A stretch of 64,000 nucleotides of DNA from Octopus sinensis (taxonomy: Eukaryota). The stretch spans positions 195,052,001 through 195,116,000 of the forward strand of contig NC_042998.1 of assembly GCF_006345805.1 (NCBI RefSeq), given 5' to 3'. The translations under genes were made by a program, and so were the position numbers. The notes under the pieces were generated by a model. It made no database searches. It was not told where the DNA came from and saw nothing but the letters and a program-made list of their open reading frames with translations. This document shows positions 27,300 through 39,500 of the stretch, one piece after another. Each line of letters begins with the position of its first letter. The stretch's first letter is position 1.

Positions 27300-30200
27300 G
27301 CTACAAAAACGGTTTAAGAAATTTCATCTTAACCAAAAACTTGTTTAGACTAGATTTCCTGGCAATTCTTTATTCGGAAGAATTTTTTCTTATAGAGCTT
27401 TCTTACTACTTACAGAATATTTCCCAATGTTAGGGAATATACTATACATATATAATAGAAATAATGAATGTAGAATTAAACCCCAAAATAATTTTTAAAA
27501 TGCATGTGGCTGTGGTAAGAAGCTTGTTTCTCAACCACATGGGTTTGGGTTCAGTCCCTCTGTGCGGTACTTTGAGCAAGTGTCTTCTACTATAGCCTCG
27601 GGTTGACCAAAGACTTGTGAGTGGATTTGGTAGATAGAAACTGAAAGAAACCCATTGTATATATCATCATCGTTTAATGTCCGTTTTTCATGCTAGCATG
27701 GGTTGGACAGTTTGACCAAGGGTCTGGGAAACCATGAGGCTGCACCAGGCTCCAGTCTGATCTGGCAGTGTTTCTACAGCCGGATACTCTTCCTGATGCC
27801 AACCACTCCGTGGTGATTTTTACGTGCCACCGGCACAGGGGCCAGAGGAGGCTGGCAAATGGCCACGATCAGTTGGTGCTTTTACGTGTCACTGACACGG
27901 ATGCCAGTCAGGTGGCGCTGGTACCTGCCACCTGACTGGCATCCGATGTATGTGTGTGTGTGTGTGTGTGTGTGTGATGTGTGTGTGTTTCATTGTGTCT
28001 GTGTTTGTTCTCCCCCCCACCCACTGCTTGACAACTGGTGTTGATGTGTTTACATCCCTGTAACTCAGAGTTTCAGCAAAGAGATTGATAGAATAAGTAC
28101 CGGGCTTAAAAAAAAGTACTGAGGTCAAGTCATTCAACTAAAATTCTTCAAGGTTGTGCCCCAGCATGGTCGCAGTCTAATGACTGAAACAAGTAAAAGA
28201 CAAAAAATAAAAGATACAATTAGCCTATTTATTTCTTGTGAAACTCTTTGCAATCTCTCCTAGAAAGTCAGAGTTACAGGACTGGTGCACTACAAAGTCA
28301 TTCAGCTAGCTAGATATAGCAGCAAAATCTTTCTCAAAATATCCTATTCTCTTTTAATAAAGGGCACATTGTATCTTGTTATTCCAGCTACAATGTTTGT
28401 AGCTGTTTGAAAAAGAATTGGCTGCTATGGTTGGAATAGTAAAGTAAAGTTACTTTCTTGAGTCGTACCAAATCATAAGGGCTGGTTTCCAGGTTTCATG
28501 GCATAGATATTCCCCACCTGGATGGGACGCCAGTCCCTCACAGGATTACTCATTTTTGCTAGCTGAGTGAACTGGAGCAATACGAAATGAAGTGTCTTGC
28601 TCAAGAATACAACATGTCACTTGGTCCAGGGATTGAAACCATAATCTTACGATCAGCCACTTAGCCATGCACTTCCACTATGGTTGGAGTACTTTTGATC
28701 AGGATCGGGGTCTACAGGATCGGGGTTGACCTGTGACTGATACAACAACTAGCTTGTGTACATTTAATACTAGCAAAACATGTGAACATTAGACAACTAT
28801 AAATTTAGTCGAACTTTGAAAATTACAGAGATAAACATATGACTATAAGGAAGCAGAGGAATATTAAACAATACCAAGTAAACATCAAGCTAGACAACTC
28901 GGGGAACAGTGCAAAGACGGATTATCACCAACTGTAGACAACTTGATTAACAGTACAAAGACAGATTAACATTAAACTGTTGGCAGCTCTGTGAACAGGG
29001 TAAAAATAGATTAACATCAAATTGTAAACAGCTCAGTGGACAGTGCAAAAACATGTTAACGCCAAAACTGTAGACAGCTTGGCAAATAAATGATCTACAA
29101 ACATTTTAACATTTTCATCATCATCATCATCATCATCGTTTAACGTCCGCTCTCCATGCTAGCATGGGTTGGATGATTTTGACTGAGGACTGGCGAACCA
29201 GATGGCTGCACCAGGCTCCAATCTTGATTTGACAGAGTTTCTAAAGCTGGATGCCCTTCCTAACACCAACCACTCCAGTTTATAAAACATCTTTTTGAAA
29301 GTTTTTTGCTTCATACCATCATCATCATCATCATCGTTTAATGTCTGTTTTCTGCACTAGCACGGGTTGGACGGTTCGACCGGGGTCTGGGAAGTCAGGG
29401 GCTGCACCAGGCTCCAGTCTGATCTGGCAGAGTTTCTACAGCTGGATGCCCTTCTTAATGCCAACCACTCCACGAGTGTAGTGGGTGCTTTTTATGTGCC
29501 ACCGGCACAGGTACCAGGGGAGTCTGGCATCGGCCATGATCGGTTGGTGCTTTTAATCTTACAAACAATAACTCTGAGCACCTTTTTAAACTCATCTGGA
29601 TCAGAGGATACCGTTTCATCATGAAAATCAAATGTGTTGGGGTTTGGATCTGGCGTCAGATTATTCTGAAGGAATAGAAAGAATAATTTTAATGTTTTAC
29701 TTTTACGAAGGAAGCACAAACAGTTAAGTTACATTACATAGCAATAAATACTGCACAGCACCAAATTGATGGAGACCCTGAGAAACAAAGTGGAATTATT
29801 ATCAACCATCTTACAAACAATAACCCTTAGCACCTTTTCAAACTCCACCTGTCTAACACCTGTGGACATGTCTACTATGGTGCGACCTCGCCTGGAATTT
29901 GCATCACCGGTCTGGAACCCGTATCTTGCCCAGGATATTAATTGTCTGGAAGCCATTCAGCGACGTGCAACCCAGAGAATACCCTCCATCAGGCATTTGC
30001 CATATTCTGAACGCCTTACTTCCCTGGGCATGGACACATTGAAACTCCGACATCTGGCAGCTGACTTGGCAGACACCCATAAAATTATTAACCATCTTAC
30101 TAACAATAACTCTGAGCACCTTTTCAAACTCCACCTGTCTAACACCCGTGGACATGTTTACAAAGTCAGAAAACAACACAGCTTCCATGACTTTCAGAAA

Positions 30201-30465
30201 TATTTTTTCATTCTAAGAGTTGCTGAAGCATGGAACAAACTGCCGGCATCAGTTGTTAGTTGTCGGAGCACTGCATCCTTCAAAACTTCCATGCTTCCTG
30301 AGATTCGCCAACACTACACCCGATTTTCTCCCTCCCCTCCGTACACATGCAAGCATGTATCTGACTCATACACTGTTCGCTTCCCAGACATTTGTACATT
30401 ACTGCATATGCTTTATATGCACTTTTGACAAGGTGTGGTGCACCTGAGCACTGTATACAATAATT

Positions 30466-30517
<52 letters not shown>

Positions 30518-31976
30518 TATTGTTATTATTATTACTATTATTTTATACTTTGATTATTTAGGGAGAAATCACTGTGACGAATTCCACTGCTTTGGATCGT
30601 GAAAAAGTGGGAGAAATTATTGTGCAAGTGACAGCTTATGACAGTCCTGGTGATCCATCTGTTCGAAGAAACTCAACTGTGCCTGTGAGTATTATTTTTA
30701 TTATTATAAAATATCACTGTCATCATCATCATCCTCCTCTTGCAGTCAATGAAATAAGGTACCATCCAAACATTGGGGTTGATGTAATCGACTTCTAGCC
30801 CCTTCCCACCAATATTTCAAGCCTTGTACCTATAGTATTAATAGTATTCTTTTCTACTCTAGGCACAAGGCCCAAAATTTTTGGGTACTTAATTTATTGA
30901 CTCCAAATGGATGAGAGGCAAAGTCAACCTTGGTGGGATGTTTGCACTCAGGTCGACTTTGCCTTTCATTCTATGTATATATGTATATATATATATATAC
31001 AAGTAATAAGAGAGAGACCACATGTGGTCACTCTAACGCTAGAAATAGATCCGCAAAGGGAATCGACCACTAAAGTCGATGAAACAATTGTATAGAGTTA
31101 ATCTATTTTTTCGTTATTTTTCATTTGTCCTGCCCGCTTACATTCTTGGCGTGTTGAATTAATGCTTGAGAACAATTCTTTAGTGGTCGATTCCCTTTGC
31201 GGATCTATTTCTAGCATTAGAGTGACCACATGTGGTCTCTCTCTTATTACTTGTATTAATAATTTTTACTGTATCCCAGTTTTTTTTACGCTAGGCCACT
31301 TGGTGTTTTAAATTGATGTTATTAATTAATATTCAATTTTTTCACCCTTATTGTGATTTTAATTGTATATATATATATCATCATCAACATCATCATCATT
31401 TAGCATCCGCTTTCCTTGCTAGCATGGGTTGGACGGTTCAACTGGGGTCTGTGAAGCCAGAAGGCTGCATCAGGCCCAGTATGATCTGGCAATGTTTCTA
31501 CGGCTGGATGCCCTTCCTAACGCCAACCACTCCGTGAGTGTAGTGGGTGCTTTTTACGTGCCACCCGCACAGGTGCCAGACGGAGCTGGCAAACAGCCAC
31601 GGACGGATGGTGCTTTATATATATATATATATTTAGGTTTGTTGAAATGTGTTTGTCACATATTTCGACTAACCTAAATTCTGCTCATATCTAAACACTG
31701 CTTAGCACCTATGTTCTGTTAATAAATAAATATATACATACATCATCATCATCATCATCATCATCGTTTAACGTCCGTTCTCCATGCTAGCATGGGTTGG
31801 ACGGTTCGACCGGGGATCTGGGAAGCCAGAAGGCTGCACCAGGCTCCAGTCTTATCTGGCAATGTTTCTACAGCTGGATGCCCTTCCTAACGCCAACCAC
31901 TCCGTGAGTGTAGTGGATGCTTTTTACGTGCCATATATATATATATATCTCATCATCATCATCATCATCATCATTG

Positions 31977-32011
<35 letters not shown>

Positions 32012-32012
32012 G

Positions 32013-32063
<51 letters not shown>

Positions 32064-33509
32064 CCATCACCACCATTCAACGTCTGTTTTCCATGCTGGC
32101 ATGGGTTGGACGGTTTGACTGAAAACTGATAAGCTGGGGAGCTGCACCAGGCTCCAATCTGATCTGGCATGGTTTCTACAGCTGGATGCCTTTCTTAATG
32201 GCAATGACCCCCCCAAGAGTGTAGCGGGTGTTTTTTATGTGCCACCAGCATGGGTGCCAGTTTCAAATCACCACCACCACCACCACTACTACCACCACCA
32301 CCACCACCATCCATCCATCCATCCATCCATCCATTCATATGCTCACATGCACACACACACACACACAGGCACACAGACTCACACACAAAATACGAGAATT
32401 TGTATTTAGTGTATGATTCATTTTCATATATCTTTGCAGGTGTACATCACATTAAGAGACCAGAATGATAACGCACCTGTATTTGACAGGCCATCTTACT
32501 ATCAGAGAGTTGAAGAAGATGTTATTATTGGCACCAGCATCTTTGAAATATCAGCTAAAGATGCAGATGAAGGAGTTAATGCCATTGTCACATACAGGAA
32601 GTCTACAGGAGATCCTGGCAGTGAGTTTTGTACTTTTTATCAAGTTTATACATAGGTCGGACAGTTAATGGACTGATTGAAAGGCAGGTAGATAGGTATA
32701 GGAGGAGCACTTCGTCGATTACGACGATGAGGGTCCCGGCTGATACGATCAATGGAACAGATTGCTCGTGGAATTAACGTGCAAGTGGCTGAGCACTCCA
32801 CAGACATGTGTACCCTTAACGTAGTTCTCTAGGAGATTCAGCGTGACACAGAGTGTGACAAGGCTGGCCCTTTGAAATACAGGTACAACAGAAACAGGAA
32901 GAAAGAGTGAGAGAAAGTTGTGGTGAAAGAGTACAGCAGGGTTCACCACCACCCCCTGCAGGAGCCTCGTGGAGCTTCAGGTGTTTTCGCTCAATAAACA
33001 CTCACAATGCCCGGTCTGGGAATCGAAACCGCTATCCTACGACCGCGAGTCCGCTGCCCTAACCACTGGGCCATTGCGCCTCCACCAGGTAGATAGGTAG
33101 ATAGACTTGCATTAGGACAGACAGGTGGGACAGAGAGATATATTTGTTTGGATAATAGACAGGTCAGAAGATCGATAAGTCAGCTTGTAGACAGGCTGGT
33201 AGATAACTAGATAGATTAGCTTGTGGTTTTGATGGATAGATAGTATTTTGATGGTGAAGTGACTAGCTCCTAGACAAAGAATCATGAATAGAGAGATTAA
33301 TGGATAAGCTGATGGTCAGAAAGACCTACATTCAAACAAAGATAGGAGTGGCTGTGTGGTAAGTAGCTTGCTAACCAACCACATGGCTCCAGGTTCAGTC
33401 CCACTGTGTGGCATCTTGGGCAACTGTCTTCTGCTATAGCCCGGGGCCGACCAATGCCTTGTGAGTGGATTTGGTAGATGGAAACTGAAAGAAGCCTGTC
33501 GTATATATG

Positions 33510-33542
<33 letters not shown>

Positions 33543-36500
33543 TTGTGTGTCAGTGTTTGTCCCCCTAGCATTGCTTGACAACCGATGCTGGTGTGTTTAC
33601 ATCCCGTCACTTAGCGGTTCGGCAAAAAAGAGACCTATAGAATAAGTACTGGGCTTACAAAGAATAAGTCCCGGGATCGATTTGCTTGACTAAAGGCGGT
33701 GCTCCAGCATGGCTGCAGTCAAATGACTGAAACAAGTAAAAGAGTAAAAGAGTAAAAGAGTATATATACATATAAATATTGTGTACATTAGAACACCTAT
33801 CATTTTCTGACTCACATCTGTAGAGTATATATATGATACATAGATGTGCTATGGCATAGTGATTGAAAGAAAATTGAAAAAAATGTCTGCTCTGTCTGCA
33901 ATTATTTGATTATTTGCATCATCTTTATCAAATGCACGCATCAATTTACACCATCACTATTGTCACCAGCACCATCATTCCTACCAGTAACCAGCATCCC
34001 ACTCCACCACCACCACCACCAACCACCACCAGCACCACCACCACCTCCTCTTCCTCCTCCTCCTCCTATACCACCACCACCAGCACCAACACAACCACCA
34101 CCACCGCCACCACCACCACCACCACCACCTCCAGCACCACCACCACCTCCAGCACCACCACCACAACCACCACCACCACCACCACCATCACCACCATCAC
34201 CAACCACCACCAGCACCACCACCACCACCACCTCCTCTTCCTCCTCCTCCTCCTATACCACCATCACCAGCACCACCACCACCACCACCGCCGCCGCCGC
34301 CACCACCGCCACCACCACCACCACCACCACCATCACCACCACCAACACCACCACCTCCAGCACCACCACCACCTCCAGCACCACCAGCACCACCACCACC
34401 ACAACCACCACCACCACCACCACCACCACCACCACCACCACCACCACACCACCTCCTCCACCACTACCACCACCACCGCAGCCACCACCATCACCACCAC
34501 CACCACCATCACCACCACCACCACTATCACCACCACCACCACCACCACTACCACCACCACCACCACCACCACCACCACCACCACCACCAGCACCACCACC
34601 ACCACCACCAGCACCACCACCACCACCACCTCCACCACCACCACCACCACCACCACCACCACCACCCACCACCACCACCACCACCACCCCACCACCACCA
34701 CTACCACCACCACCACCACCACCACCTCCACCACCACCACCACCACCTCCTCCACCACCGCTAATCAATATTACCCTCCACTACCACAGATCTGTTCTCC
34801 GTGGCCTCCAACGGTGTCATTAGTGTGAGACAAAGTCTACAGAAGAAAGCCGGAGTATACAACTTCGAGGTGATCGCATACAGTGGAGTTCTGAACAGTG
34901 CTGCCACTGTAACGATTGAGGTAGTCAAAGGAATCAGTTCTCCCCCAGCGTGGATAGTTCCAGCAACTAATAATGAAGTTATTAATGTTCTTGAGGTAAG
35001 TACTATACTCAATGGAGTTCTCTTTCTGCTATTGGCCAATGGCTAACTTTGTGACCATTATTATATAAGCATTAGCTGGCATGAAGTAGCCTTAAGTTAT
35101 TCATGTAGCTTGACTCTTTGACCTTTAGTTAAGGAAGGTTGGTCAGTGGTTGTGTGTCGGACTGCTGACAATAGTGAGTTTTGTGCCAAATACTAATCAG
35201 AGTTGGTTTTATATTTGATGATGATCGCAATCCCTCAAGGTCGAGGATGATGGTCTTTGCGCAAATTTACTGGTGAGTCCATAGGTGACCGATAAGACCA
35301 ATTCTTGCTTGAAAAGATCGGTCGCAGTGCGTACATCTAGTGCCGGAAGGGAGAGTCGCATGTGGTTGTTGTTGGCGCTCCTTCCGTCGTCGTCTTTTCT
35401 CCTCCACTGGCTATTACCTTAAATCTAAAACTGACCATAGTTGGTCTGAAATCTAATTCTGAAAACCGCTTGTCATGTGTTTAACAATGACCATTGGTTA
35501 TCATAAACCTAATACCTTTTTCTTTACTACCCACAAGGGGCTAAACACAGAGAGGACAAACAAGGACAGACAAACGGATTAAGTCGATTATATCGACCCC
35601 AGTGCGTAACTGATACTTATTTAATTGCCCCCGAAAGGATGAAAGGCAAAGTCGACCTCGGCGGAATTTGAACTCAGAACATAGCGGCAGACAAAATACT
35701 GCTAAGCACTTTTCCCAGTGTGCTAACGATTCTGCCAGCTCGCTGCCTTTATTATCATAAACCTAATACCTTATCATAATAAATCTAATACCTTATCATA
35801 AACCTAATACCATCCCTTATTGGTCTTAAATCTAGCACTAATTATATGTTCCGCTGTAGACATTATGTAGAACCGTTACCAACGTTGCCTTACAGGCACC
35901 TGTGCCGGTGGCATGTGTAAAACGATTTGAGCGAAGTCATTGCCAGTACCGCCTGACTGGCCCCCGTGCTGTGGCATGTAAAAGGGCACCATTCGTGTAT
36001 GATCGTTACCAGCATTGCCTTACTGGCACCTGTGCCAGTGGCATGTGTAAAAAGATTTGAGCGAGGTCATTGCTAGTACCGCCGGACTGGCCCCCGTGCC
36101 ATGGCCGTAAAAGGGCACCATTCGAGCGTGATCGTTACCAGCATTGCCTTACTGGCACCTGTGCCAGTGGAATGTGTAAAAAGATTTGAGCGAGGTCATT
36201 GCCAGTACCACCTGACTGGCCCCTGTGCCGTGGCATGTAAAAGGGCACCATTCGAGTGTGATCGTTACCAACATTGCCTTACTGGCACCTGTGCCAGTGG
36301 CATGTGTAAAAAGATTCGAGCCATGTTGTTACCAGTACCGCCTGACTGGCCCCCATGCCAGAGGCACGTAAAAAGCACCCACTACACTCTCGGAGTGGTT
36401 GGCGTTAGGAAGGACATCCAGCTGTAGAAACTCTGCCAGATCAAGATTGGGGCCTGGTGCAGCCATCTGGTTTGCCAGCCCTCAGTCAAAATCGTCCAAC

Positions 36501-39500
36501 CCATGCTAGCATGGAAAGCGGACGTTAAACGATGATGATGATGATGACTTCAGCAAGGTGTTTTCCTTATTACACTATACAATCATGTATTATTTGAAAA
36601 GAAATTATCATTAGCAACAAATTTGGGGGAATTCATTTATGTTAAATCCATTCTGGTGAAGTAGGCATAATGTTTAAAATGGGTTCACAGTGTTAGTGTT
36701 TGTATCATGGGCCAAGACAGCAAGAAGTGATTGATTCAGAATTGTTATAAAACATTCACCAAATTCACAGTACTCCTACTGCTTGTGACAGCAGACACTA
36801 CTTATTCAATCTACTTACAGCAAGATGGATTGTGTTGGTGAGGTTAATCTTTCTTAATTATGTATTTCTTTACTGCCCACAAGGGGCTAAACGTAGAGGG
36901 GACAAACAAGAACAGACAAAGGCATTAAGTCGATTACATCGACCCCAGTGGGACACAATATAGCAGTGCCAACGGGATACAAACTGATAACCCTCTGGTT
37001 GATTATCTCGTTATGCAAGGGTTGACTGAAAAGCTGATAGGCTCATCATGTAGCATGAAAGGCCTTGGGGGCTAAACCCTTTTTTCTACAGGTACTTGAT
37101 AGTACTTTTCAGCCCACCCTTGAATATCATATCCCTTATCCATATTTAGACTTGTGGACAGAGGTAAAGTAGCAAAATTCAGTTTTGCCCTTCTCAGATC
37201 TTAGTTAAAAAATCCATCTGCATTGACATTGTCTTTCATCATAATTTAGTGGATGATAGCTTTCTTGAAAGTTTGTCATTGTATCTAATTAATAAATCAT
37301 TACTATAGTTCTGATTGCACAAAGTTGAGCGAAACTCAACTTGGTTGAAATTTTGAATTTTTGATTCTCTCTTGAGGTCATGCCCTAAAATTATTTTAGA
37401 ATAAGATGACTAAAAACAGTTTTTTACATACAATTATTTGTAAATGTCTCAATAATTTTAAGCAGCTTTTATAAGCAATCAATATTAATATTATTCAGCG
37501 TTATTATAGTGATGGATTGTCAAAATTGACAGTGCCTCATGGTATTTTATTACATCTCATCAAATTCTGCAGAAGTCAACTTTTCTTTTCATTTGTCCAT
37601 AGCCCTTAAAATGAAGTACCAATCAAATACTTGACCAATTTAATTGACTATATTCCTATCTTAAATCTGTGATTTTGAGCCAATGTTAGACATTGATGTT
37701 TCATTATTATTTAGTATATCAGATGGGCACTCATAAAAACATTGATCAAAATGCTTTGCCATTGTTAGTTATAATTTCCAATGTTCTGAGTTCAAAATCT
37801 GCAGAGATCAACTGAGCCAGTCAAGTACTTAGGTTGATATAATCAACTATACTCTCTGCTGCTTTTATTCATAAAATTGGCCATGAAAGCCGTACATAGA
37901 TGAGTAGCTGCAGGCTGGACAAACACATAAATGAGATGAGGATGATAATGAACAAAAAAGGCGGCAAGGTGGCAGAAACGTTAGCACGCCAGGCGAAATG
38001 TTTAACTGCATTTTGTCTGCCACTACGTTCTGAGCTCAAATTCCGCCGAGGTCGACTTTGCCTTGTATCCTTTCGGGGTTGATTAAATAAAGTACCAGTT
38101 ACGCACTGGGGTTGATGTAATCGACTTAATCCGTTTGTCTGTCCTTGTTTGTCCCCTCTGTGTTTAGCCCTTTTGTGGGTAATAAAGAAACAGATAATGA
38201 ACAAAAATGCGAGGGGCACCGGCGCCCACCGACCGATAACCCCTCCCTGCTGCTTGTCAAACTCTGTGGCCTAGTGCTTATGTAAAAAAATAATAAACCA
38301 ATTCAAAGACTTGGGAAAATCAAGGGTACTATACTTCTTCCACTGATTAAGTTATTAAATAATTAAAAATTTAATAATCATTGTTGCAAAACTCTAGTAA
38401 ATGTGTTTTTTAATGTTTCAGAGCCAGTACAAAGGAATGTTTGTCTATCGAGTGAGAGCAGAAAGTCCAGACACAGGACCAAAAGGTCGAATAAAGTACA
38501 TGTTTCTCGCTAGTTCATTAACTTCCCAGTCAACCAATGAATTCTACATCAATCCTTTAACAGGTGTGATTTCAGCACTCAGAATTTTTGACCGAGAAGA
38601 AAAAGACTCATACACAGTAAGAAGTCATTTTATATTCTAAAAATTCTTAAGTTGTGGTGTGATGGTTGGAAATACACGTGGAAGGGTTGTACTTACTTGT
38701 ACTTGTGGCGACATTCACCCTGGGCGGGTTGAGTCGGCTTCTTCTACTCATGGAAGAAGTTTCGTGGTAATATGCGGATTTCACAAGTGGTCCCTAACAA
38801 TCCCGCATGTGGAGACATCCTGTTTGCCGCAGATTGTCCACAGATACAGGGACAGAACGACCGAGGAGCCACCGGATGCCGAAGCAGACACTCCGAGGAT
38901 TTTTACCAGAGCCCCATCTGCCGGGTTGTGGCCCTAATACCACTCGGTATCAGACCAATCCGCCTTGGGTGGCCCTACCAGGAACTGAAGTTCCCGACGG
39001 CATAGCTCTGACACTACCCGTTGCCAGCGTCCCCACCACGGTGAGGAGGGGATGGACTTTGGGGATGGACTTTGGAAGGGTTGTGAGTTTGAATTGAATA
39101 GTGAGCAGAGTACTATATTGTTCACTTAGAAAAATCTCTTTACATGGCTTCACTTTGTCAAGACAAATATAAACACTATTTCTGTTTTATAGTTGAGTGG
39201 TAAGTCATTGATAAAAAGCAAATTAAACTTAAAAATCTATAGAAAATAGCAGTGATTTGTATAAGTAAAATTTCTTTAATGTGGAGGACTTTGTAGTCCA
39301 TTTGTATAAGTAAAATTTCTTTAATGTGGAGGACTTTGTAGTCCATTTGTATAAGTAAAATTTCTTTAATGTGGAGGACTTTGTAGTCCATTTGTATAAG
39401 TAAAATTTCTTTAATGTGGAGGACTTTGTAGTCCATTTGTATAAGTAAAATTTCTTTAATGTGGAGGACTTTGTAGTCCATTTGTATAAGTAAAATTTCT

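Noticed and set aside
29766-30428. 220-aa ORF as an independent host gene
   Set aside because: It is the ORF2 C-terminus of a 5'-truncated CR1-like LINE that is repeated several times in the window.
33906-34828. 300-aa poly-Pro/Thr/His ORFs resembling formin, extensin or mucin
   Set aside because: These are translations of an intronic (CCA)n tract, open in several frames. Exon 13 splices in phase to 34790 without them.
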